A stretch of DNA of 64,000 bases from Candidatus Poseidoniaceae archaeon. Its GTDB lineage: Archaea; Thermoplasmatota; Poseidoniia; Poseidoniales; Poseidoniaceae. Position 1 is the first letter of the stretch. The number at the start of each line of letters is the position of its first letter. A program made the position numbers and the translations under genes. The DNA lies in NCBI GenBank assembly GCA_049616955.1, contig JBMZIJ010000001.1, positions 66,797-130,796 of the forward strand, read 5' to 3'. Shown one piece after another: positions 8,995 to 19,400 of the stretch. The notes under the pieces were generated by a model. It saw nothing but the letters and a program-made list of their open reading frames with translations. It ran no database searches and was not told where the DNA came from.

Positions 8995-10671
8995 TCAAAA
9001 GAAAGGGAGTTCATCGATTGCCATTCGTGTTTGCGAACCATCGTTTCGATGTCGAATCGTAACCGTCCCGTCTTCAATGGATTGGTGATCGACCGTGACA
9101 CAAATCGGAACACCAATTTCATCAGCACGAGCGTATCGTTTCCCAATTGATCCACTTCCATCGTAAAGAGAAACAATCCCCGAAGTTTGACAACAACGTT
9201 GATGAATTTGACTCGCTAAATCTCCCATACCATCCTTCTCAAAAAGTGGTAGAATAGCTACATCGATCGGTGCAATCAAGTTTGATAATTTGAGCATACG
9301 ATAAGGTTCGCCACTCTTTTCTGTCTCAACAAAGGCATGATCAAGAACGTGCCACAAAATTCGGTCAATTCCAAATGCAGGTTCAACGACATGGGGAATG
9401 AACCATTCGCCCGTTTCCTTAACGGTCTTCTGAACTCGCTTAACGTGCTCTGCCTCTACGGTCAATGTACGGCCATCTGAGAGGGTAACGTCAACAGGGA
9501 AGTTCACATCTGAATCAAGTGTTTCAACGATGCTCTTGACCTGTCCTGCATCAGCACGAAAGGCAGGCCCTGCAACCCCGCCGTCAATCGTCCATCCGTC
9601 AATTTCGACAATTTTAGGCTCCGAGAATTCGCGTCGTGCTCGAAGCGTTTTTCCAGTCGCTTTTTCGTGTGCCTCTAAATCATAACATCCCCGATGGGCA
9701 ATACCGACGCATTCAATCCAACCATAGGAACCTTCAATTTCTGCATCCCAACAGTCCGTTGCGTAATGTGCCATCTCATCCGATGCATGTTGACGGAATC
9801 GCAAACGAGCAGAGTCGATACCAATTCCAGTAAGAAAATCATAGGTCTTACCCATGAAAAAACCAACCGTAGCATGTCGAACCAAGTTCTTTTCAACAGC
9901 AGTTGCAAGTGTCATTTGGTGTGTACTACCATCACCATCGATGAGATTAAACTCAGTTGACATCCATGAGGAGAAATCATGAGTGATGGGTTGGTTGGGA
10001 TCGATGAAATATTCCAATTCAGCCATATTGAATTCACGAAGACGAATCATTCCCTGGCGTGGAGAAATTTCATTCCTGTAGCCCTTTCCAATCTGCACAG
10101 CACCGAACGGAAGTCGCTCTCTGAAATGTCGATACAATGATGGGAACGAGGTAAACATACCTTGAGCTGTCTCCGGCCGCATAAATCCTTGACGGCCGGA
10201 CGAACCAGCGCCGATCGTCGTTGAAAACATCAAATTTTGAGCGACGATTTCACTCCAATCGGATGAAGAACAAGACGGACACGAAGGGTTGCTTATGGTC
10301 AACAATTCCTGCAATTCTGATTTGGATAAGGCATCTGGATTTGGGTGATGTTCTTCCAAGAGGGTATCCGCACGACTCGCCTCTTCGCAATGATTGCAAA
10401 CAGTCATGAAATCTGAAAATTCACCCACATGCCCACTCGCTTCGAGAACTTCATATGGCGTCACGGTTGGACAAGAAATCTCGACGATGTCACCCATAGA
10501 GAGCCAATGGTCGAGCCATACCTGATTCAATCGAGATCGAAGTCGGCCACCAACTGGACCAAAATCGTACAATCCTTTTGCACCGCCGTACATATCGAAT
10601 GCAGGCAGAAGGATACCACGCTGACGCAACATTCCTTGCAACCGTTCAAGGCGTGCATCATCTTTGGACAA
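8995..10671 (-). CDS. glyS: Glycine--tRNA ligase (archaeal/eukaryotic type)
   Basis: 'AFDMYGGAKGLYDFGPVGGRL' and class II motif 2 'GKGYRNEISPRQGMIRLREFNMAELEYF'. 558 aa with a TTG start. Confidence 0.9.
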   Translation of the reverse strand: MSKDDARLERLQGMLRQRGILLPAFDMYGGAKGLYDFGPVGGRLRSRLNQVWLDHWLSMGDIVEISCPTVTPYEVLEASGHVGEFSDFMTVCNHCEEASRADTLLEEHHPNPDALSKSELQELLTISNPSCPSCSSSDWSEIVAQNLMFSTTIGAGSSGRQGFMRPETAQGMFTSFPSLYRHFRERLPFGAVQIGKGYRNEISPRQGMIRLREFNMAELEYFIDPNQPITHDFSSWMSTEFNLIDGDGSTHQMTLATAVEKNLVRHATVGFFMGKTYDFLTGIGIDSARLRFRQHASDEMAHYATDCWDAEIEGSYGWIECVGIAHRGCYDLEAHEKATGKTLRARREFSEPKIVEIDGWTIDGGVAGPAFRADAGQVKSIVETLDSDVNFPVDVTLSDGRTLTVEAEHVKRVQKTVKETGEWFIPHVVEPAFGIDRILWHVLDHAFVETEKSGEPYRMLKLSNLIAPIDVAILPLFEKDGMGDLASQIHQRCCQTSGIVSLYDGSGSIGKRYARADEIGVPICVTVDHQSIEDGTVTIRHRNDGSQTRMAIDELPFF

Positions 10672-10766
10672 GAAATCCCCTCATCTCTTCCTGATGGAGA
10701 TGGCATTTCAACTTGACCTCTGGAACAAAGGCTTGGATTCAAAAACCTGAACAGATACGATACCGC

Positions 10767-11081
10767 ATGGGACAGTCCATGGTTGCAATTACCGAGGCGG
10801 ATTGTACAGGATGTGATTTGTGCATACCGCATTGCCCATTTGAAGCACTTCTCCCATTGACAGAGAATCCAGTAGAACGTAAACACAAGAAGCGACCCGT
10901 TGTTGTTGTTGCTTCTCAATGCGTAGGTTGTCTTTCATGCATTGGCTCTTGTCCTACAAAAGCACTCCATGAGATTCTCATGCCCCCTCTTTCAACACAA
11001 TCACCATTGTTGCTCGAAACGGAAGATCCAGAAACGGCAACCGTGCAACGATGGGGCAAAAAGGGTCTCGGTTGGGCGTAA
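10767..11081 (+). CDS. 2x[4Fe-4S] ferredoxin-domain protein
   Basis: Two clusters, 'CTGCDLCIPHCP' and 'CVGCLSCIGSCP'. Start placed at the in-frame ATG at 10767; the track ORF begins at a TTG at 10713. Confidence 0.7.
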   Translation: MGQSMVAITEADCTGCDLCIPHCPFEALLPLTENPVERKHKKRPVVVVASQCVGCLSCIGSCPTKALHEILMPPLSTQSPLLLETEDPETATVQRWGKKGLGWA

Positions 11082-11147
11082 GGGAAAAACGAAACATACA
11101 TATGTATCGTACCTTGCCTCCAAACCACTGAGATTGGTGAAAAAAAT

Positions 11148-14100
11148 ATGCCTGAGATTACATATCTGGAACATCCGACCGAAACGGATGCTCTGATGGA
11201 CAAATTGTGTCCGCCAGTCCGGAATTGGTTCAAGGATAAATTTCCTGATTTTACTCGACCACAAAAACTTGCTATTCCAACCATTATGGACGGTGGTCAC
11301 CTTTTGTTGTGTTCTCCAACAGGGTCGGGAAAAACATTGACCGCTTTCCTTACAATTATCGATCAATTGGTACGGAAAGCACTTGATGGGAAATTGGAGA
11401 AGCGAATTCATTGTGTGTATATTTCTCCAATTAAAGCGCTCGCAAATGATATTCAGAAAAACCTCATTGGCCCACTGAATGAAATCTCTGAGCGCTTTTT
11501 ACCAGACCGGGCACAAGAAATACGGGTTGGATTGCGTACAGGAGATACACCGCAATCAGAACGTCAAAAGATGCTTCGAAATCCCCCTCATATTCTCATA
11601 ACAACACCGGAAAGCCTCGCAATTGCAATTACTTCACCAAAGTTTCAACCAATCATAAGTGATGTTGAATACATGATTATCGATGAATTGCATTCACTGG
11701 TACCAACCAAACGTGGTGTCCACCTTGCACTCACCCTTGCTTATCTTGACACACTCCTCGAACGACCCGTGCAACGTATCGGTATTTCTGCCACCATGGA
11801 ACCTCTTGAAACCGTTGCAGAGTATTTGGTAGCAAGTGATGATCGGGAATCACGAGGCGAGGGACAACAAGTCCACATCGCAAAAGTTTCTGGTTCAAGA
11901 GAACTCGATCTCGATATTTTACTGCCTCATCCGAAATTTAGCGATCTACCTGTACTGAAAGTTTTGGATGAAAACATCAGTGTCATTGCCGATCTTATCG
12001 CAGCACACACAACAACACTGGTCTTTGCAAACACTCGAAAGATGACAGAGACCCTTGTTCAGCGACTCCGACGTCCTGAATTTGGCTTGGGTGAATTGGT
12101 TGCTGGCCACCATGGTTCAATGGATAAAAAGATTCGACTTAACGTTGAGCAACAACTGAAAAATGGCCACCTTAGGGCTGTCGTCACATCCTCATCGTTG
12201 GAAATGGGTATTGACATTGGTACGGTGGACATGGTGATTCAACTTGGATCGCCTGGTGACATCGCTACTGCACTGCAGCGAATTGGACGTGCTGGACACC
12301 ATGTAGGAGGTATTCCTCGTGCCCGATTTTTACCTTCCAGTGTCGATGATTTGATTGAGCTTGCTGCCTTGCAAGCGGCCATTCAATCCGGTGATATGGA
12401 TCGTCTTGACTTCCCAGAAAATTGTCTCGATGTTGTCGCACAATTCCTCATTGGTTTGGTGATTATTAATGAAATTGATATTGATGAGGCCTTTGAAATC
12501 GTCTCCAGTGCCTGGAATTATAGAAATTTCGAATACGATGATTTCATTGAAGTATTGGATATGCTAGAGGAAGAGCGTCGCGTATGGATTGATTGGGAAG
12601 ACAACACATACGGAAAACGAGGCTATTCTCGAATGATCTATTACACCAACATCGGAACGATTGCTCCTGATAATTCCTACCTTGTCTTCAATGCAGAAGG
12701 ATCGATTCTTGGACAACTTTCAGGTTCCTTCGTTTCGAATTTGCGGGGAGGTGACGTCATCCTCCTCGGTGGTTCCACCTATCGAGTTACCAACATTCAG
12801 GGAACTCGTGTCAATGTTTCAAGTGTCACCGGTTACAGACCAACAGTACCATCGTGGTCAGGTGAAGCAAGGTCAAGGAGTCGGGAATTGTCATCGTCGC
12901 TTCTCTCGTTGATTCGGCACTGCATGATCTCACTACGAAGGGAAGAAGATCCGCGGGTCGTTCTTCGTGATGCATACGGCCTCTCTACGCCCGTTTCGAA
13001 TGCAATCGCCCGCCACCTAGAGGAACACACAATCGATACCTTCCAGGTTCCTGAGGCAAATCGTATCCTCATCGAACAAATCATTGGCACAGGACATCCT
13101 GCGTACTTGATTACGACATGTAGGGGACGTGCATTCAATACTGCACTTGGTTATTTTATGGCAGGAATAGCAGAAACTTCTGGCGTGAGTGTCATCGAAT
13201 TGTCCTTTGATGAAAATGGTTTGCTGATTCGAACAGCTCAAGAAGTCGACCCCGGTCAATTGTACGAAGCATTCCGTTCAAACAACCACATCGAAGTAAT
13301 TGAACGATACATCATTAACACACAAATTTTTGCGAAGCGGTTTCGAGAAGTTGCTGGGCGTTCGATGATTATTCCAAAACGTGTTGGTGCAGAAGAAATC
13401 AGTCCACAACAATTCCAACAAAAGGCTGAGGCTTTGCTGACGAGACATCGAACAATGGAAAATTCGCTGCTCATGAGGGAAGCCAAGAATGAAGTGTTGT
13501 TCGGAGACATTGACGTCTTTGGACTCAACCAATTCCTCGAATCATGCATCGAAGGTGATGCTCGAATTGTACACACCAAGGTAACCATTCCTTCACGACT
13601 CGGTATGAGTCTCTACATGTCCGCATTTGAGGATCTTATGTCCATGAAAACCCGTGCTTTCCTTGTCAAAGACATCGATCCTGAAGTGCTTCGACGGTTG
13701 ATGGGGACACGAAGCCTTGCGACAGAAATGACCAAGGAACAATTGGACAAGTACTACAGCGATAAAGCTCCTGTACCTCATAACCCTGAAACACTCTACG
13801 AACTCATGCAACATGGAGGTGGACTTGACCGAGAGTTCAACAATCCATTGTATCGAGAAAAGTTGGAAGGCATCGATTTAGACCTCATTCGAACGTGGGT
13901 TGAAGAGCTTTGCAAGGGAGGAAAAATTACCAAAATTGATGGCACGGGTGAACCAGAAATTGATGGGAAATGGTTCAACCCATTCATGGCTGAAATTCAC
14001 GGTACACTCGCTTGCCTTGCTTCAAGTGATTCGAAATCAATTGTTGATTTACGAGATTACGATACAAAAGGAATGTCCTTCAACATCGCAACCGAGTTTG

Positions 14101-16439
14101 ACAAGACAACGCCTACCAAGTGGAAGACCGAATCGGTAGGTGATCCACATGAAGCACTCCGAGTCAAAGTCCTCGAAATTCTCGGTTCTGAAGGACCGAA
14201 AACAACCGAAATTTTGCATCAACGGCTTCCATTCTCTGAGAAATCTGTGGATCGCATCGTTCATGAACTCGAAACCCGAAACGTCCTTTCCGTTGGCTTC
14301 TTTACCCAAACAGATGAGGCTGAACTAATCCTGAAGGTTGATGAACATCGTATCACTGGTGGAAAAGAAGATATTGTTGAATATCGATGGATTCAAAATC
14401 TTGTTCTCGACAAGTCGTTCAAAAAATACGATGATGTATTCGAGGCATTTAACGAACATGTCCTGGTACAGAAACAACAAGAATTGCTCTACCGAATTGA
14501 AGATTTCAGATTCAAAGATTGGAAAGATTTGCAACTCGATTCCGACGTCGTCAGCGGTCGATTGCTTCACAATCGCATGGGGTATACGACCAAGAACAAC
14601 ATCCCAATGCTTCTCGGACTCAAACCAGAACCATGGATTGGAGCTATGGAAGAGGTCGTTCTCTCCAAACTTGACCCGGAAGAAAACATCACTCGACAAG
14701 AATTGGTTCAAGATTTCCCGAAAGGAGAAGAACATCGCCAAATGGAGCGAGATGTCAAGAATGCGATTTCAAATCTAGATCGACAAATGCTGTTTGTAAA
14801 GCAATTCGAAGAGGTCATTGGGCGTCGGCGTCGATTATCGTTGTTCCACAAGGTACATGGCGTCTATGAGCCAATGGATTTCGAAGATGCTCTGGAAGAA
14901 GTTGTTCGTCGGATGGGGCCTGTAAAGGCGAGCACGTTGCGATTTTATGTGTCGAGAAATTATGAGGATCTGCTCGTTGCATTGCACAACTTGGAAACAA
15001 GTGGTCGCATTTCAAAGGTTACTGCCTTGGTTCCCGATACTGAGGACTTCTACTGTACACCAACCGAAGTTGAAATGTTGAAGGTTCCACGACGTGAAGA
15101 TCGTTCAATTCGGATTTTAACACAATCCGACCCGTACGTTTCTCGGTTTATTTGGGAAGTACGATCAGCATTGGATCGAGGCTGGTATCTTCCTGTCTTC
15201 AAAGGGGTCGATCCTGTTGGCAAGGTGTTGATGTTCCGAGTCAACGATTATCTCGAAATCAAAGACATGCATGTTCCGACGGCTTATTTTGAAGAATTTT
15301 GTGATGCGTTCTTGATATTACTCGAAAATCATGCCGATCAGTTGGTTGATGTCGCTGTGCTTACAAATGTAAACAGTGAGCCAATTTCTGAACTCAGCAA
15401 ACCAATGCGTGACGGCTTAGAACGAATAGGATTCAAGCAGGTCGGAGAACGAATGATACGAGGAGGTGTCGTCGACCCACAGCCTCGTGAAATCGCCGAA
15501 CGTGCCCTGTTCCATCAACATCATCTGCATCAAGAAACCCGTCACGAGAATGAGACGTTAGCTCTTCGGAAAATCAAGGAAATTCGTGATGATTTTGCCT
15601 TGCGTGGTCGCTGTGAAGTGTTCCGAACAAATCTCAAGTCGATGGCCAGCGCAAACCGGTTGCACAAAGGCGTCAACATGCGAGGACATCAGGTCTGGGC
15701 ACCGTACGAATACTTCGAAACCTTGCTTACCATTCGCGGTATCCCTCCCGAAGAAGATTTGGTTGATATTATCGATTTCTTCAGTTCACAAACCGATCCG
15801 AACATCTTCAAAGAACGTCATGCACTCACCCAATCTGAATTTAGGAAACTTGTTCAACCGCTTATCCGAACTGGACATATTGTTGAGGATTTCCGAGGCG
15901 GATTCCGTGCCGTTCATCCAAGAACCGACGAAGACCCAGTACACCTTCGACGTGAATATTTACGAAACCTCGTTAAGGATTATCCGGTCATCACCATCAA
16001 ACAATTACTGCGATTATCTGGCACACCATTCAAACCTGAGGAACTCAAAGCCGTTCTCAATGAATTTGAGGAAGATGGTACGCTCGTCAAAGGATTCCTG
16101 ATTGAGAATTTGCATGAAGTTTGTTGGGGGCGAAAAGAACTACTTGAATCTGCCAAATCGATCAATCCAATCCGAGATTTTGTCTTACCACCGACAGACC
16201 CTATTGCACCGTACTTTGGAGATGTTCTAAAAGAAAAATTTGGTTTTGGAAGCGCCTATCTTGTGTTCCGAAATGCTGAACCAGTTGCCGCCTTCAAAGC
16301 AAACACTCGAAACAAAACGATTGATGTGACGGACTACGAAGGTAGCGAAAAGGGCTGGCGTGTTGTGAAAGAATTTGCTTGGGAACATCAAATGCCACTC
16401 TATACTGAATTACGTATCGGCGGGAAGAAGATCCAATAA
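11148..16439 (+). CDS. lhr: Lhr-family superfamily-2 DNA/RNA helicase, very long form (1763 aa)
   Basis: Motif I 'LLCSPTGSGKT', II 'IIDELHSL', III 'GISATME', VI 'LQRIGRAGHH', followed by a DEAD/H-associated-like region and ~850 extra C-terminal residues. Confidence 0.85.
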   Translation: MPEITYLEHPTETDALMDKLCPPVRNWFKDKFPDFTRPQKLAIPTIMDGGHLLLCSPTGSGKTLTAFLTIIDQLVRKALDGKLEKRIHCVYISPIKALANDIQKNLIGPLNEISERFLPDRAQEIRVGLRTGDTPQSERQKMLRNPPHILITTPESLAIAITSPKFQPIISDVEYMIIDELHSLVPTKRGVHLALTLAYLDTLLERPVQRIGISATMEPLETVAEYLVASDDRESRGEGQQVHIAKVSGSRELDLDILLPHPKFSDLPVLKVLDENISVIADLIAAHTTTLVFANTRKMTETLVQRLRRPEFGLGELVAGHHGSMDKKIRLNVEQQLKNGHLRAVVTSSSLEMGIDIGTVDMVIQLGSPGDIATALQRIGRAGHHVGGIPRARFLPSSVDDLIELAALQAAIQSGDMDRLDFPENCLDVVAQFLIGLVIINEIDIDEAFEIVSSAWNYRNFEYDDFIEVLDMLEEERRVWIDWEDNTYGKRGYSRMIYYTNIGTIAPDNSYLVFNAEGSILGQLSGSFVSNLRGGDVILLGGSTYRVTNIQGTRVNVSSVTGYRPTVPSWSGEARSRSRELSSSLLSLIRHCMISLRREEDPRVVLRDAYGLSTPVSNAIARHLEEHTIDTFQVPEANRILIEQIIGTGHPAYLITTCRGRAFNTALGYFMAGIAETSGVSVIELSFDENGLLIRTAQEVDPGQLYEAFRSNNHIEVIERYIINTQIFAKRFREVAGRSMIIPKRVGAEEISPQQFQQKAEALLTRHRTMENSLLMREAKNEVLFGDIDVFGLNQFLESCIEGDARIVHTKVTIPSRLGMSLYMSAFEDLMSMKTRAFLVKDIDPEVLRRLMGTRSLATEMTKEQLDKYYSDKAPVPHNPETLYELMQHGGGLDREFNNPLYREKLEGIDLDLIRTWVEELCKGGKITKIDGTGEPEIDGKWFNPFMAEIHGTLACLASSDSKSIVDLRDYDTKGMSFNIATEFDKTTPTKWKTESVGDPHEALRVKVLEILGSEGPKTTEILHQRLPFSEKSVDRIVHELETRNVLSVGFFTQTDEAELILKVDEHRITGGKEDIVEYRWIQNLVLDKSFKKYDDVFEAFNEHVLVQKQQELLYRIEDFRFKDWKDLQLDSDVVSGRLLHNRMGYTTKNNIPMLLGLKPEPWIGAMEEVVLSKLDPEENITRQELVQDFPKGEEHRQMERDVKNAISNLDRQMLFVKQFEEVIGRRRRLSLFHKVHGVYEPMDFEDALEEVVRRMGPVKASTLRFYVSRNYEDLLVALHNLETSGRISKVTALVPDTEDFYCTPTEVEMLKVPRREDRSIRILTQSDPYVSRFIWEVRSALDRGWYLPVFKGVDPVGKVLMFRVNDYLEIKDMHVPTAYFEEFCDAFLILLENHADQLVDVAVLTNVNSEPISELSKPMRDGLERIGFKQVGERMIRGGVVDPQPREIAERALFHQHHLHQETRHENETLALRKIKEIRDDFALRGRCEVFRTNLKSMASANRLHKGVNMRGHQVWAPYEYFETLLTIRGIPPEEDLVDIIDFFSSQTDPNIFKERHALTQSEFRKLVQPLIRTGHIVEDFRGGFRAVHPRTDEDPVHLRREYLRNLVKDYPVITIKQLLRLSGTPFKPEELKAVLNEFEEDGTLVKGFLIENLHEVCWGRKELLESAKSINPIRDFVLPPTDPIAPYFGDVLKEKFGFGSAYLVFRNAEPVAAFKANTRNKTIDVTDYEGSEKGWRVVKEFAWEHQMPLYTELRIGGKKIQ

Positions 16440-16465
16440 TCGTCAAATCACCTTACCAAGTTCTT

Positions 16466-16473
16466 GATATAAT
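16466..16473 (+). promoter_or_regulatory. TATA-like element upstream of the large surface protein gene
   Basis: 'GATATAAT' is centred ~24 nt upstream of the ATG at 16494, the spacing expected for a leaderless archaeal transcript. Function is inferred from position only. Confidence 0.3.
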
Positions 16474-16493
16474 TCTTGAACGAAATTCGAAGC

Positions 16494-19400
16494 ATGACCA
16501 AGAATATCGCTCCTCCTCGCAGGCAATGGAGTTATGAACGACCAACCAATGAACAGAACATGGCCAAAGGCTCGCCCATGGTTGCTTCTGTTTTGATATT
16601 GATGATGCTTGCATCGACATGCATGGTTGCTTCGACACAAGCAGACTCAAGCGTTCTTGATGAAATTGATATCATGCATACTGCTGTTAATCCTGACAAC
16701 AACAAGACGTATCACCTCCTTTCTGCTTCCTCTTGGGAGGATGCGGCGTTCAAGGCGAGGTCACTTGATGGATACTTGACAACAATCGATGATGATGATG
16801 AGAACACGTGGGTGTTTGACACCTTCGCAAGCTTTGGAGATCAAAGCCGCCATTTGTGGATTGGATTGAACGATGTTCAAGATGAAGGCATTTACCGATG
16901 GCACGATGGTACACCATTCCTGTACCGTAATTGGGGTGTCGACCAACCAACCGGAGGAGATGATTCGGACTACGTACACATTGCTTCAACCAACATGGGC
17001 AACATTGATCCTCAAACATGGAACGATTTGGAAAACAATCCAGAATACTTCCCCGTCTACGGTGTTGTTGAAGTTGGCCCCGGTGCAGATTTTTCTCTCC
17101 GATTTGACGGTGTTGAAGACCATATTGTCATCGACCACGACGAGGGTTTGATCGCAAATGGGACGCTGAACATTGAAGCGACCATCAAAGCAAGCAGTCT
17201 TGATGGGATTCGATTTATCACCATGAAAGGGGATTATGGGTGGGGCATGTACCTCTCCAACGGCGCCATTGGATACGCATCCGAATACAGTCTCTCCAAG
17301 CATCCGACATCCAACATGAGCATTACTGAAGACACCTGGCATACGATTGGTGTTCAACTCATTGAAGGAGTTGGAGGATTTTTCACCATTGATGGTGTTC
17401 CTGCAGGAAATATTTCTGCCGAGGATGCCAACATTCCAGAAGGAGATTTTGGCTCCAATGACTGTTTCACCTCAGGCGACGCATGCGATGAATTGTACAT
17501 CGCTCGCATGGGTGCTGGTTGCGACTGCTATCACTTCGAAGGAATCATTGATGATCTTACCATCTCATTTGTTGAAGAGAACATGTGGGAGCCTGTCAGT
17601 CGATGGACGTTCTGGGAAGGTGAAGGAGGCGATACAGGGGATGCATTGAACGATGCTACAATGAATCGTATCGGTATCATTCATGGTGCAGATTGGGTCA
17701 TGCCAGATGGTTCCATCGTTGCGCAAGCTGTCGAACTACCCAACGATGAATTTCTTGTCTTGGAAAACATTCAGGAAGGCGATACCCTCCTCTTCTATGC
17801 AGAACTTGATGAATATACATTCATGACCGACATTGCCATTTATTCCTGGTCCGAACTGTTTTACGACGATTGGGAGTATGATGACGAAGAGAACATGCTC
17901 TTCGACGCATATGTTGGTTACGATCGCATACCTGCGCCTTGGGATTACGATATGGAGTTGACCAGTTACTGGGGTTCAGTCTTCAATTCATGGACATGGC
18001 CAGAATACGACATCATGTGGTACTCCATCGTTGCCAAGCAAGACATCGAGGAATTGGAAATCATCGCCTCTTGGGAAGTTGCAGAAGAGCCACCAAGTCT
18101 TGATGAAATGACCCAGTTGTTCAATGGTGTTCCTATCACCTCACAAACTGTAGAATCCGATCGTGATAGTTGGGATGCGGCTTTGGAATACTATTACGTC
18201 AATGTCACCGATTCTCTCACTGAATTGAAGATTGAAACGTACGGAGGAAAAGGAAACATCAACCTCATTCTTTCATCGGGAGGACCAATCGACCCCAATT
18301 ACTACTACTATTACGAAGAACCATACTTTGATGAGTATTCTGAGGGAGAATACCAGCAAAGCAACATTGCTTGGTCTACCAATGATGGTAATGGTGAAGA
18401 AGTCAATCTGTTTGATGTTGAACCCGGAATCTACTATGTTACAGCCTTCACCTATCGCAAGTCGTCTGATTTCACGATCGTTGCTGATTTCACCTATGCA
18501 CCAGCCAATGCAGATCCATCAACCGCTGTCGAATTGCAACCTGGTGTTGCATATGGACCGATGAGCGGTTACAACGGTCTTGACCAATATTTCTTCATTG
18601 AAGTACCAACTGGAACCGAGCGACTTGAGGTTGACCTCGACGGTGGCTTTGGTGAAGCCACGCTCCACATGCGCTATGAGAACACACCTACAGCAAGCGA
18701 AGCAGATCACCATTCAGGAGCGCCGGGTGCAGGTGACAAGATTGGATTTAACAACCCAACGCCAGGCAAGTGGCAGATTCTCCTCGACTCTGAAAGTGTG
18801 TTTAGCGGAGTATCGATCACAGCGTCCTTCGAAGACCTCTACATTTGGGAATACGATGGTACGCCGATTGAGTTGTTCAATGATGAAGACGTTGACGGAC
18901 TCTCTGCACCTGCTGGAGAAGAACTCTATTTCTATGTCGATCTGGAGTCTCGTGCAGAAGAACTCATCATCACCACGTATGGTGGTGAAGGCTCCCTATA
19001 CATCACCGCTGATGGTGAAGTGGACTACGGTGATTTCTTTGGATTCGATGATTTCGGTGAGTTTGAATTCCTCGAAGAGGACATCTTTGAAGAGGAATTC
19101 ACATCGTACGGTGAAGGAACCTATCAAGAGTTGTACATCTACTCACCTGCAGCAGGACGATTCGATATCACAGTTCTTGCAGAAGACGATTTTTCCGATG
19201 TTTCCATCGTCGCCTATTGGAAGGAAGACACTCGACCGGGGCCAGATCCAGAACCTCCACTTGTTATCGATCCTGAAGACATCTATGCTTGCGATGATGG
19301 ACTCGAAGAATTCTTCATGGATGCTGACCTCAACGGAAATGGCTTGTTGAATGCTGATGAATTCCGACGAACTGGGGCACCAGAAGAAACACAATTCTCG

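Noticed and set aside
11096-11107. 12-bp A/T-rich palindrome ATACATATGTAT ~45 nt upstream of lhr
   Set aside because: It plausibly overlaps the lhr TATA box. However, A/T-rich palindromes are expected in archaeal promoters, and I cannot support a specific regulatory role.
11148-16439. Intein as an explanation for the 1763-aa Lhr (also checked RFC-L, GlyRS and EF-2)
   Set aside because: The helicase motifs are contiguous with normal spacing, and I saw no Cys/Ser-initiated insertion ending in HN followed by Cys/Ser/Thr. The other proteins have normal lengths.
18296-18316. TAC/TAT-rich run (tac tac tac tat tac) in the adhesin gene
   Set aside because: It encodes a poly-Tyr patch (NYYYYYEEPYFDEY) inside an acidic linker of the adhesin. 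This is protein-level low complexity, not a DNA tandem-repeat locus.
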